From NCBI GenBank assembly GCA_021816935.1, contig JAKAWR010000002.1, positions 3,039 through 67,038 on the forward strand: 64,000 bases of DNA, in the 5' to 3' direction. Under the pieces are notes generated by a model, which made no database searches, was not told the DNA's origin, and saw only the letters and a list, made by a program, of their open reading frames with translations. This document shows, piece after piece, positions 36,812-46,249 of this stretch. Source of the stretch: Actinomycetes bacterium (GTDB lineage: Bacteria; Actinomycetota; Acidimicrobiia; Acidimicrobiales; JAMCPL01). The position numbers and the translations under genes are program-made. Numbering within the stretch: the stretch's first letter is position 1; the number at the start of each line of letters is the position of its first letter.

Positions 36812-37366
36812 CTATGGACCCTTGCTGCAGTGCGCCTTTGACCAGCTCTTGATAGCAACATTGTCCTGGTTGATCTTCGCCGAGGACACTTGACCGGCCA
36901 ACTGCTTCAACTGCGCAGGCACACTGGTCGGCGGCGGGCTCTCGGGTGGAAGGGTGCCGAAGTACTGCAACTCCTTGGAAAAAATCGGGTACAGTTCGGT
37001 ATACAGGTTGCCCGCATCACTTCTGATCGCCGGGGGAGCAGCCTTTCTCATCGCCGTCAGGTCGGTAAGGATGGTAGCCAGGCCCGTCTTAGCTGCCCGG
37101 ATGGTCTTCGGTGGCACGCCGGCTATCGCTACGTAAGAGGCCTCGGGACGGCAGAATGCCGCGAACTGCTTGTCGAACGAGGTAATCGGCAGAACGCCGG
37201 CACTTGTTGTCGTCGCTTGCCTCGGCGTGGCCGCCGTGGCCGTGGTCGTAGCCGGCTTTGCCCCGTGAGGCGACGCGCAGCCTGGAAGACCTGCCGCCGA
37301 TAGTACTGTCGCCACGAGCATCGCCGCAGTTCCTACCTTGCCTGTCACGGTTCTTGCCATTACCAT
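36812..37366 (-). CDS. small lipoprotein, last gene of pilin-like module A
   Basis: Lipobox ..AAGLPGC|ASP, a Thr/Ala linker, and conserved Cys near both ends of the domain (..FAAFCRPE.. ..WSKAHCSKGP). It is a paralogue by layout of 46570..47346. Confidence 0.6.
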   Translation of the reverse strand: MVMARTVTGKVGTAAMLVATVLSAAGLPGCASPHGAKPATTTATAATPRQATTTSAGVLPITSFDKQFAAFCRPEASYVAIAGVPPKTIRAAKTGLATILTDLTAMRKAAPPAIRSDAGNLYTELYPIFSKELQYFGTLPPESPPPTSVPAQLKQLAGQVSSAKINQDNVAIKSWSKAHCSKGP

Positions 37367-37410
37367 TCCTTAGCTTCATCGACAGGACCGGGCCGGCCTC
37401 AGCCGCCCTG

Positions 37411-38550
37411 TCACGGGTTACCGGAGGGCGCAACAGAACTGATCTGTGCGTCCAATGCCTTGATGATGTTCACGCTCAGCTGGACAGGGAACCTGCCCCC
37501 GAGTGCCACGAAGGTCAACAATACGACCACGCCCCGTGCTGCGAGAACCGCCGCCAGCCTGTCCAGGGAGAACTGGACCAGCCCCGACACCGGTGAGGAT
37601 CCTGCGGTACCAGGGGTGGTCGGCGTGGTCGGGTCCCCCGATATCGTCGAGGTGCTCGGGATCCCCGATGTGGTCGAGGTCGGGTTCCCGGGCGTAGTGG
37701 ATGCGGACCGGGTCGTCCCGGCGGCGGGCGTTCCCGCAGCGGACGATCCGGGTGCACCGGGCAGGTAACCGATCACCGACTCCAGCTCGACGAACGCATC
37801 TCCCATCCGGGGTATCGATACCCGGGTCCATGACTGGCCCAGCTTCGTAGATCCCATCTGACCCGCAGAGTTGAGCGACGCCTGAAGGCACGACAATCCG
37901 CGGGTGCTCCCGAGGGCATTCACGAACGCCACCGCTGCCTGCGGGGGGCCGGCGAGCCAGGCTTCCGTCTGCACCGCCACCTGCATCGGAGATGCTTCGC
38001 CGCCGCCGTTCGGGCTCGTCACAGTGGCAGCGGCTCCCCCCGTGAACCCCGGCATCGAAGATCCCTGGGGGTTGGTATAGCCGAACGCGGGGGACTGGAC
38101 TCCTCCGGGGAACGACACGCCCTTACTGCCGGCACACGAGGCGACTCCGGCGAGTTGGCTGCCGCCCGAGACCGCCGTCTCGGGAAGTGTCTTGGCCGCC
38201 GGTGCGATCACGCTCCACGTTGACGGCACCTCGCTCGACGACAGGATTGCAGCGGCGAGAAGGGGGTTGCTCGTCGTCGTGGCGGGCGGCGTCGCTGCAG
38301 GCTGCGACACCTTGCCATCACCCTTCTTACCTGCGCATTTTCCCGCCCGTAACGCCGGACTTCCGGAGGCGCACGCACGATTTCCCGGCTGTCCTCCCGC
38401 CGAGCGTCCTCCTGCGGAGTGTACTCCTGCCGGCGAACAGGCTGCCTCGATTATCAACAGGACCGTGCCCAGCAGCACCGCAACCACCGTGCCGCCACGG
38501 TGCTGCCGCCTGCGCACCATGAACGGCCTTCTGGCGTACGACGTCTCCAC
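37411..38550 (-). CDS. lipoprotein/secreted protein immediately downstream of the PilX-like giant (module A)
   Basis: N-terminal anchor ..VVAVLLGTVLLIIEAAC|SP. It lies 9 nt after the stop of 38560... Its positional counterpart is 47399..48238. Confidence 0.6.
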   Translation of the reverse strand: METSYARRPFMVRRRQHRGGTVVAVLLGTVLLIIEAACSPAGVHSAGGRSAGGQPGNRACASGSPALRAGKCAGKKGDGKVSQPAATPPATTTSNPLLAAAILSSSEVPSTWSVIAPAAKTLPETAVSGGSQLAGVASCAGSKGVSFPGGVQSPAFGYTNPQGSSMPGFTGGAAATVTSPNGGGEASPMQVAVQTEAWLAGPPQAAVAFVNALGSTRGLSCLQASLNSAGQMGSTKLGQSWTRVSIPRMGDAFVELESVIGYLPGAPGSSAAGTPAAGTTRSASTTPGNPTSTTSGIPSTSTISGDPTTPTTPGTAGSSPVSGLVQFSLDRLAAVLAARGVVVLLTFVALGGRFPVQLSVNIIKALDAQISSVAPSGNP

Positions 38551-38559
38551 GGGCCTGCG

Positions 38560-41500
38560 CTAGCCGCCGGTCACTACCCGGCCGCTTGGAAGCTGGGTCA
38601 TCGTGGCGACGAACCAGGCCGTCGTCGGGCTCGATGCCCCCGCCCCGGCCGACTGCTGGAGGAGGTACGGTGCCGGATCGAACATCTCAGCCGGCGTGTA
38701 AGAGATGTGGACGTTCCTGAAGCCCGACGGCACGTAGCACGCCACCTCGCAACCCCACGCACTTCCGCTGTTCCATCCCTGGAAGAACTCGAAATGGCTC
38801 ATCAGCAGGCCCGCCGAGGCGAAACCGTCGTTGTATTGCTGGATGATCGAACCGACGAACGTGGCTGTGTCAAGCCCATGAACCATTCCGCTCGATTCGG
38901 TCGTGTTCGAGTACGGGAACTCGTTCCCGGACAGGAGGTTCTGGACGGCGACTGACCCGTTCTGGATCACCTGGGGTACCGACGTCGCAGCGCCGGCGCT
39001 GTCGTAAGTGCTCATCTCGACGTTCGGAAGGGAGTTGGACGCAACGATATCGGCATCGACCACTGGGTCGTACACCGCAGGGAACGAGTTGGACGGGCCA
39101 TGCACCCACGTGCTCTCCCAGGTCTGCAGGTTTCCCTCGTAGCCGGCCAGACCACTGCAGAAGCTGCTCAGATCGAGCATGGAGCAGAAATCGAGCAACG
39201 CCCCGCCGCCCAGAGTTCCGTAGGAGAAGTAGTACTCAGCCCACTGCCGGCTGCACGAATCCAGCGGGATGGGGAACGCGAACGCTATGCTGTACGGCGG
39301 TGTGCAGCTCGGAACCGGCGGAGGTGACGGCTTCTTGCTGTTGGCGCTCGGGTTGGTGGTGTAGAGGTTCATCGCCAGACTGTCCGAGGAGACGTGCCAA
39401 TCAGACGCACTGGGCGGGCTCCCGGCCCCGGCATCGAGCGGGCAGGCACCCGTGATGCCGATGATGGACTCGACCTGCGAGCCCAAGCCGCAGTAGTAGC
39501 CCTGCAGCTCGATGGTATAGATGTAGACGAAGATGTCGTAAACGCAATTCGCGAAGTTGGTGATGCTGCAGCTGAGATCGGGCGGGATGATGCTGTTCCC
39601 GGCAATGCTGGGCTCGTCAGGAGGTGTCGGGGCGGTCTTCGCAATCCCGCACCACGAAATACCGGAGCCGGTCACGGGATTGGGAATCGACGGGTTGATT
39701 GTGCAGTTGTTGTCATTCTGCCCGTTCACTACCGGATGGACGATCTCCACATTGCCCTCCGGGTAGTAGGTTCCCGAGCTGTCCTGGAAAGGCTCTCCAA
39801 GCGGGAGGTTCCCGCCTGGGGCCAGGCCGAGTGAGTCTGGGCAATTGTAGGGCACGGTCCTCCCGCCGTTCCCGGCGCAGGCATAGATGACATTACCGCT
39901 TATGTCGATATTGTTATCTGCCGCGATTGTCAAACTGCCGTTCAAAGTACCCTGTACTATCGCGTCACCCCAAGCGCAGTTATGGTGCTGGAGGGGCTCC
40001 CCCTCGTTGGACCCGGTGGAGAAGGGCAGCACGAAGCCTACGGGGAAGTTGGTGCATGACGAGTCGCCACCGGGCAGGTTGTGCACATAGATCACCCCAG
40101 CTGCCGGGAGGGGCATCGCCGTCCCGCTGTTCTCGCCGCTGCAGTTCGATGCATTGGCACCGGTCTGTCCCCACACCAACATGTCACCGCCCGCCTGCAG
40201 CTGGATAAAGGTCGGCCCGTAGAACTGGCAGCCTCCCGACTGCGCTGCAATTGCCGAGAGCTGACTGAAATCGGGCTCCGGAGGCGTCACGACGCCATTC
40301 AGCAAATGCCGGCCCGCAGTGGCGGGAGCCTTGCCGTTGCAGCCGGCAAGAAGGGTCACGTTATATGTGGTACCAAAGATCGGTCCGATGGAGAACCCTA
40401 CCGAGGGAAGGTTCGAGTAGATATACGGATACCACTTCGTGCCCGAGGGTGCCTGAAATTGCGATACTCCTGATGGGTACTTGTTGGCACTGCCGAAGGT
40501 CACGTCCGCTTTCGTCAAGTCAGGCTGACCGCAGACATAGAGTGCATCGTTCGTGTACACCTTCCCGGCAATCGTCGTCTTGAGACCGTAGTAACCGCTG
40601 CCGGCGTCGGTACCGCTGCCAGGTGGGTTGGCAGCCAGGCTCGGGTAGCCCGGAGTGTTCCCCCCCGTCGGCGTGCCGTACAGGTCATTGATGTTGCACA
40701 CGATAGGGAACGGACCGTGCGTCGGTATCGGAGCCAGAACGGCGCTAACAGCACTCAGTATCCCGTTCACGATGTCTTGGCCGATCGGGATGCCGAACAG
40801 GTTGATAGACGAAAGGCCGGCCAGGGACTTCCCGAGCATCTCCTGGACCATGCCGCTCGCCAGTATCTGGCCGATAGGGTTGGTGTCGTAGGCGTGATAG
40901 TTGCAGAAGAGCGCGCCGATCTTGATCAGACCCGTGGGACCGTTCCCGAGCAGCATGTTGATGATGGTTGACATGCTTGGAGGAAGGAGGCCGGAGCTCT
41001 TGGCAAAGTTGACTGCGTCCATCATGAGCTGGAACCACTCGCTGGACGCGTAAGTGTAGGGGCTTGTCGTCTCGTAGTTGGTGAAGAAGGCGTACGACAG
41101 AGCCGCATTCTGCAAGGCGACCTCCTCGGTCGAGTACTGCGTCCACGGAGAGAGACCGGCCCTGCCCACGACAATCAGGTACATCGTGCCCGTGGCCGGG
41201 TTCGACCCGGTCGACCCGGCCACCGCGGCCTGGGCGCCGTCAACCGTGTACGCATAGCCTTCGTTCAGGTTCGCGCTGGAGCCGCTCACAGCCGTCCATG
41301 TACCGTACATCGGCTCGGAATCGCTGCCGAGATCCGTCTTGGATATCGTGGGCAACGGCGGTGCCTGCGTTCCTCCCACATACTGGCCCAGCAATGAAGT
41401 CGCCGAGTTCACGCTGGTGCAGTAATTGGTCGGCAGGAAGAAGGCCGGGTCGCTCGCCGACGGTGACTTGCAAGTCACATCGTTGTACTTCACATAACCG

Positions 41501-41817
41501 GGGTCTTCCTGGAGGCGCGCCATATAAGCCGATACGCCGGATTCTGCAGCCACGGCGGCTGCCTTCTGGTTCTGGACCCGCAAGGTCAGAGGCACGTGCT
41601 GGCTGACGTTGGCGTACAGCACGGCAGGGATCAGTGCGAGCAGCAGCATGACCGCCATCACGGTAAGCATGGCCTGGCCGGCCGGTCCCCGCATCCGCAC
41701 GGCCGCAGCTTCCCGGCCTGCGCGACCGTCCCGGAATCTTCCCACCGCAGTTACCGGACCACCGGCCGGGTAGGTATCACGCATGTTTGGACAACTCCTT
41801 GCAGCCAAGAGCCTCAT
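38560..41817 (-). CDS. giant PilX/GspK-like minor-pilin-type protein (module A), about 1085 aa
   Basis: Hydrophobic N-terminus ..RGPAGQAMLTVMAVMLLLALIPAVLY with no Glu at +5, followed by ..NQKAAAVAAESGVSAYMARL (PilX_N-like). It is Cys-rich with beta-helix-like segments (GDAIVQGTLNGSLTIAADNNIDISGNVIYAC). The ATG at 41817 overlaps the upstream stop (TGATG); the track start is 41931. Confidence 0.72.
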   Translation of the reverse strand: MRLLAARSCPNMRDTYPAGGPVTAVGRFRDGRAGREAAAVRMRGPAGQAMLTVMAVMLLLALIPAVLYANVSQHVPLTLRVQNQKAAAVAAESGVSAYMARLQEDPGYVKYNDVTCKSPSASDPAFFLPTNYCTSVNSATSLLGQYVGGTQAPPLPTISKTDLGSDSEPMYGTWTAVSGSSANLNEGYAYTVDGAQAAVAGSTGSNPATGTMYLIVVGRAGLSPWTQYSTEEVALQNAALSYAFFTNYETTSPYTYASSEWFQLMMDAVNFAKSSGLLPPSMSTIINMLLGNGPTGLIKIGALFCNYHAYDTNPIGQILASGMVQEMLGKSLAGLSSINLFGIPIGQDIVNGILSAVSAVLAPIPTHGPFPIVCNINDLYGTPTGGNTPGYPSLAANPPGSGTDAGSGYYGLKTTIAGKVYTNDALYVCGQPDLTKADVTFGSANKYPSGVSQFQAPSGTKWYPYIYSNLPSVGFSIGPIFGTTYNVTLLAGCNGKAPATAGRHLLNGVVTPPEPDFSQLSAIAAQSGGCQFYGPTFIQLQAGGDMLVWGQTGANASNCSGENSGTAMPLPAAGVIYVHNLPGGDSSCTNFPVGFVLPFSTGSNEGEPLQHHNCAWGDAIVQGTLNGSLTIAADNNIDISGNVIYACAGNGGRTVPYNCPDSLGLAPGGNLPLGEPFQDSSGTYYPEGNVEIVHPVVNGQNDNNCTINPSIPNPVTGSGISWCGIAKTAPTPPDEPSIAGNSIIPPDLSCSITNFANCVYDIFVYIYTIELQGYYCGLGSQVESIIGITGACPLDAGAGSPPSASDWHVSSDSLAMNLYTTNPSANSKKPSPPPVPSCTPPYSIAFAFPIPLDSCSRQWAEYYFSYGTLGGGALLDFCSMLDLSSFCSGLAGYEGNLQTWESTWVHGPSNSFPAVYDPVVDADIVASNSLPNVEMSTYDSAGAATSVPQVIQNGSVAVQNLLSGNEFPYSNTTESSGMVHGLDTATFVGSIIQQYNDGFASAGLLMSHFEFFQGWNSGSAWGCEVACYVPSGFRNVHISYTPAEMFDPAPYLLQQSAGAGASSPTTAWFVATMTQLPSGRVVTGG

Positions 41818-42890
41818 CAGTACATCCCCGCGCCAAAACCGATCGCCAGTGCGACATTGTCCATGGTGACCTCCTGGTGAACCACTGTCGGCGGGCTCTT
41901 CGACACCGCCTCGTCGTTGCATACCTTGCATGCCAGGCTTCGTACCTCAACGCTGAAGTAGACACCAGCCACGCTGTCCGCGTCCGTTGTGCATGCAAGC
42001 CCGTCTCCGCCAGCCGCGGTTTGGCCGGCAAGTTGTGTAGAGGTAAAGGTGCAGTTGTCAGTGTTGCCGTCGGCATTGTTCCCGGCCGCATAACCGTCGA
42101 TATATCCACTGTTGTAAGTGCCTGGTGCCTGTAGGTCCTCATTTGCAAAGATCTGGGGACCTGAACAAGGCGCGAACTGGCCGGGCGAGCCGGCCGAGTC
42201 TCCACCTGTACAGGTCGCCGCCGGTGCCGGCCCGTACACTCCGAATATCTGCGCCAGAATCGCGAGGGGACTGGCGGGTGGCGTCACCGTGGCCGAAGTC
42301 AGCGTTCCACTCGACGTACCGCAAGCTGCAGCCCAGGTAGGGTTGGTGGCACGGCTGTCCGTGAACCAGTTGCCCGCCTCGATGAACGAGAACGGCACCA
42401 CGTCGGCTTCCAGCACGTAGTTCGCGTAGGCCGGGTTCGCTATCGTATGAAAGGCATCGGGCTTAGCGTAAACGTAAACCCATCCTGGCAGATGCTGGGC
42501 CCCGTCGGGCAGGCCCGAATAGAAGATCATCGCGTCCGGACACGCCAGGACCACCGCCGGGTCCCCCGTCATGCCCGGATCTCCTGCACCCTCGAGAACG
42601 GAGTTGAGAGCGTTCCCATCCGCTGCCGGCATCGGTGTGGCCGAGGTGATGAAATGCGCGAGCTCGCTCGTGAGCAAGGTGGCCTGGCTCTGCGCGTCCA
42701 GATCCCGCGATGTCGTGTAAAGCGCGTCCGTGAAGTTGGAAAGCGCAAGGAACACCATGGACATCAGGATCATAAAAATCAGGCTCGCCACCATCAGCTC
42801 GATCAGCGTGAAACCTTCGGCGGTCGTCCCGGCCAGCGGATTGCCCCGTGCCCGCTTGATCGCCCCTAATTGCACGACAACGATCCCCAT
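41817..42890 (-). CDS. prepilin-type N-terminal cleavage/methylation domain protein, PilW-like position (module A)
   Basis: ..KRARGNPLAGTTAEG|FTLIELMVASLIFMILMSMVFLAL is a class III signal with Glu+5. Start is ATG 42890 or GTG 42875; the track ORF starts at 42956. Confidence 0.75.
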   Translation of the reverse strand: MGIVVVQLGAIKRARGNPLAGTTAEGFTLIELMVASLIFMILMSMVFLALSNFTDALYTTSRDLDAQSQATLLTSELAHFITSATPMPAADGNALNSVLEGAGDPGMTGDPAVVLACPDAMIFYSGLPDGAQHLPGWVYVYAKPDAFHTIANPAYANYVLEADVVPFSFIEAGNWFTDSRATNPTWAAACGTSSGTLTSATVTPPASPLAILAQIFGVYGPAPAATCTGGDSAGSPGQFAPCSGPQIFANEDLQAPGTYNSGYIDGYAAGNNADGNTDNCTFTSTQLAGQTAAGGDGLACTTDADSVAGVYFSVEVRSLACKVCNDEAVSKSPPTVVHQEVTMDNVALAIGFGAGMY

Positions 42891-45800
42891 GACGAGCTGC
42901 CGGCCGGATTGCTCACGGTAACCGTACTGTTGGGCAGGCATATTCTCGCGTCCCATCCATATCCTGTGTAACTGACACTGGCAGTTATCCAGCTACTGTT
43001 GTGCCAGGTGATGCTCGCACTCTGACCTCCGATGGACGCCGAGACGTCGTTGAAGTTGCTGCCGTATATGTTGAAGGTCAGATTGAGGGTGCACCACCCC
43101 CAATACTTCACCCCGAACCACCCCACACCTCCGGCGGTGCAGTGGCTGTAGTTGGTCGGAGAAACGGAGCTTATCGACGGCGGGCTCAGGTAGGTGTAAG
43201 CCCAGTAGGCGTTGGACCCCTCGTCTGCCCAGTTCGTCGCCTGGACGTGCACCTGGTCGTAATTGCCGTTGGGCGACGGTGGAGCATGGACCGTGAAGTA
43301 CTCCTCGGAGCCGCCGACGCCGCCCTCACCGCATGGGCCTTTGAACGGCCACACCCAGACGGCAGTGCTGTAGCCGCTGATGCTGCTCGCCCAACCCGTC
43401 CCTCCGTCCCAGAACGCCACTTCTTGGATGTAGTCGAAGTTCGAGCCGCAGATTGTGACAGTGTTGCCGCCGCCGGCCGGGCCGTTCGTGGGCGAGATGT
43501 CGCTGATGTGCGGGGTGTTCGCGTAGGTGTACGTTACGGAGTTCGACGTGCCGACCGGGTTCGCGAGATACAGGGGGACCTGCTCAGGACCGTTCAGCGT
43601 GCTTGTGCATCCGAGGAGCAGGGAATGATAGTGCGCTGCAGGAGCGTTCGGGATGGTGAGCGTCTCGCCGAGACCGTTACCAGTCGAGGTTGTCCAGCCG
43701 GCCTGCACGGTAACGGCGTCACAACCAAAGTTGACGGTGGTCACGTGGTCGAAGTAGTTGCCGTACAGCGTGACGGGGTTCCCGCCGCCTACAGGCCCGC
43801 CGCAGTAGCCTGCCGCCGGCGACTTACAGGACGATATGTGGGGCAAGTGATCCCAGGTGAAGGTGGTGGTCGGCGGGTTGCACGACGAAGCCGACAGGGC
43901 ATTGTCGACCACCTGAACGCATGCGGAACCCCCATCCACACCAGCCGCATCGGGTGGCGACGGCGGGGACGGCGGGGACGCAGCTGTGATGTAGTTGTAG
44001 CTAAGTCCGTTGGTGAGATCGTGTCCGAGGTTCGCCAGGTCGGACGGGCAGGGACCGAGGTTCAACGGATCAAGGATGCTCCACGAGAACTTCTGGACCG
44101 AGAACGAGGCCGCCGGGTAGTAGGTTGCGCCGCTGTCAGCCGGGTAATCGAAGCCGACCTCGTAGGTCCCTCCCGGGTTCGATAGCGCGTTGCCTCCGGT
44201 CGGATTGAACCCGCCGCCGCAGATCGTGACCGTAGTACCACCGCCGATCGGCCCCGCCGCCGGGCTGATGGACGAAACGCTCGGGGGGAAGATGTAGAGG
44301 TAGTTGCAGGCGACATTCTGGCCGTTGAGGCTGAGATCCGAACCCCCGTTGATCGACCTGTCGTAGGTCGCCTCGTCCTGGCAGTTGCTCGTCGAGGTGC
44401 CGGTATCGAGGGGATCGGACGAGACGGTCTCGGTCTGGGTATTGCCGTTCAGCGTATAGCTATGCTGTCCCGTTACCGTGATAGATGCCCAGTTCACCGA
44501 GTTGCCCAAGAGGAGGTCCCATCCGGCGCAGAAGCCGAAGTTGGCAAGTGGGTCACACAGATACCAGTCCACCGGAGTCTTCGCGGTGATCTCCGTATCG
44601 GAATCGACGTTGAAGGACGCGTCGATCCCGGCGGGGAGCCCATTCGAGCCCGACGATCCGCACGCCTGCCCGTTGGTTATGTAGACGCACACCTCGACAT
44701 TCGTTGCTCCGCTGAAATTGAACCCGACGATCTCGAGTTGCGTGTTGCCCCACGGTGTACCCGACGGAACCTCGTAGCGACACCTCGTAGGCGAGCCCGG
44801 CGGCGGATTGCCGGGGGCGCACTGCGCGTTCGGGTCGCCCGAATCCTGGTAGGTGCACTGGGCGGCCGTCTGGCCGCCCTGGCAGGAATAGATGCGGTAG
44901 ATGTAGGGATTGACGTCGTAGTTGTAGGTAGCCGCATTGGAGGTGCCTGCCGGATTGCTCAGCGTCACGTGGGCATCACCGCCGGATGGATCCGGGGACG
45001 CCGGGGCAGTCACATCGACGGCTTGCCACGACCCGTTCAGGCCGGAGCAGTAGCTCGAATCGGATGGCGAGGCCTGCTGGACGGCTGCGGTGCTCGCCTC
45101 GCTCCCGTTCGAGTCGCTCGCCGGATCGAACGATGCCTGGTAGATCCCCGTGGTTCCCGGAGGGTTGAGGACACACAGGACGACAGTATTGCCGCCGTCG
45201 ACCGGCCCGAAGGCCGACATCGAAGCGGTAGACGGCTGATCCCACGGGGGGGCCGCGATGGCCTCGATCACCGGAGGCCCGCCCGGATTGCCGCACTGGG
45301 AAGGATCGAGCTCGCAAGGGTCGGTGATCTTTGACGGGAAAACCACCGTCAATATCTGCGAAAGACCGAGGTTGACGGCCTCGCTTACCTGGCTGGCACC
45401 GCTCGGGTCAGCCGTAACGGTATACGAGCCGGGGGCAAGCCCGACGAACGCAGCGCAGCCGCTGGGATTGGTGGCCGCGTCCGGGGGGGTTCCGCCCACA
45501 CTCACCGTGATGTTCGGTACCCCCACCCCGTTCGGGTTCTGCACCAGCACGTCGATCTGGGGCGGCGTCTCCAGGGTAGCCTGGCTGACCGATGCCTTCC
45601 GAGTACCGGAGCCCCACGTGACGGTGCTCACGGCCCGCAGCAGGAGCTGCGGATCGCCGCCCAGCCCGAAGCATTTGCTTGTCAAGGTCGCGCCGGCCAC
45701 GGCTCCGGTTGACGGCGAGATGCTACCGCCGGCGTCCTCCACCACCTCTACGGACTGAGAGAACGAATAGGGAGTGCCGGCCGCAACCTGGGTGCCGGCG

Positions 45801-46249
45801 GTGTTGCCGTTTCCCTGGCAGGCCGGCCAGCCGTCCCCGGCAGATGAGTAGCTTGTCGGGTGAGTCGTACCGGAATCCGAGGACTGCAGCTGCGCACCCG
45901 AGGAGAACGAAGGAAGAAAGACGCCCGTAGGGTGCGCCTTAATGCACGCTACCTGGGAACTTGCGAGGCTCGCACCCTCGACATGGGACTTGTTGACTGC
46001 CGCCCCGGCGAAGATCGACTCGATCAGGTATACCGCAGGCGTCAGTACCATGAGGAGGAGAGCCAGCGCCACGACGACTTCGATAAGGGTCATGCCCCGC
46101 TCTTCGCCGGCCACGGCAGCGAGCGCACGCGAACGATTCGACGTGATCCGGCGGCAGTCATGCGGCACCTGCAAACCCGCCCGATCCTGTTCGGCTGCGG
46201 GGTCACGCCGGCGCCTCCCCGACTCTTGCGCACCCCTCGTAGCATCCAT
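42866..46249 (-). CDS. giant prepilin-type protein, PilV-like position (module A), with CarboxypepD_reg-like and multiple IPT/TIG-like Ig domains
   Basis: ..AGEERG|MTLIEVVVALALLLMVL (Glu+5). GTG at 46114 would give a classic 7-aa leader (M)AGEERG. IPT-like motifs GPIGGGTTVTICGGGF, GPVGGGNPVTLYGNYF and GPAGGGNTVTICGSNF. ..GCAAFVGLAPGSYTVTA.. is CarboxypepD_reg-like. Confidence 0.75.
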   Translation of the reverse strand: MDATRGAQESGRRRRDPAAEQDRAGLQVPHDCRRITSNRSRALAAVAGEERGMTLIEVVVALALLLMVLTPAVYLIESIFAGAAVNKSHVEGASLASSQVACIKAHPTGVFLPSFSSGAQLQSSDSGTTHPTSYSSAGDGWPACQGNGNTAGTQVAAGTPYSFSQSVEVVEDAGGSISPSTGAVAGATLTSKCFGLGGDPQLLLRAVSTVTWGSGTRKASVSQATLETPPQIDVLVQNPNGVGVPNITVSVGGTPPDAATNPSGCAAFVGLAPGSYTVTADPSGASQVSEAVNLGLSQILTVVFPSKITDPCELDPSQCGNPGGPPVIEAIAAPPWDQPSTASMSAFGPVDGGNTVVLCVLNPPGTTGIYQASFDPASDSNGSEASTAAVQQASPSDSSYCSGLNGSWQAVDVTAPASPDPSGGDAHVTLSNPAGTSNAATYNYDVNPYIYRIYSCQGGQTAAQCTYQDSGDPNAQCAPGNPPPGSPTRCRYEVPSGTPWGNTQLEIVGFNFSGATNVEVCVYITNGQACGSSGSNGLPAGIDASFNVDSDTEITAKTPVDWYLCDPLANFGFCAGWDLLLGNSVNWASITVTGQHSYTLNGNTQTETVSSDPLDTGTSTSNCQDEATYDRSINGGSDLSLNGQNVACNYLYIFPPSVSSISPAAGPIGGGTTVTICGGGFNPTGGNALSNPGGTYEVGFDYPADSGATYYPAASFSVQKFSWSILDPLNLGPCPSDLANLGHDLTNGLSYNYITAASPPSPPSPPDAAGVDGGSACVQVVDNALSASSCNPPTTTFTWDHLPHISSCKSPAAGYCGGPVGGGNPVTLYGNYFDHVTTVNFGCDAVTVQAGWTTSTGNGLGETLTIPNAPAAHYHSLLLGCTSTLNGPEQVPLYLANPVGTSNSVTYTYANTPHISDISPTNGPAGGGNTVTICGSNFDYIQEVAFWDGGTGWASSISGYSTAVWVWPFKGPCGEGGVGGSEEYFTVHAPPSPNGNYDQVHVQATNWADEGSNAYWAYTYLSPPSISSVSPTNYSHCTAGGVGWFGVKYWGWCTLNLTFNIYGSNFNDVSASIGGQSASITWHNSSWITASVSYTGYGWDARICLPNSTVTVSNPAGSSSWGSLSCN

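Noticed and set aside
41817-41931. The longest-ORF start (41931) for the PilX-like giant
   Set aside because: That start would overlap the upstream PilW-like gene by 115 nt. The ATG at 41817 forms a TGATG stop-start junction like those in the his operon, and still precedes the hydrophobic N-terminus.
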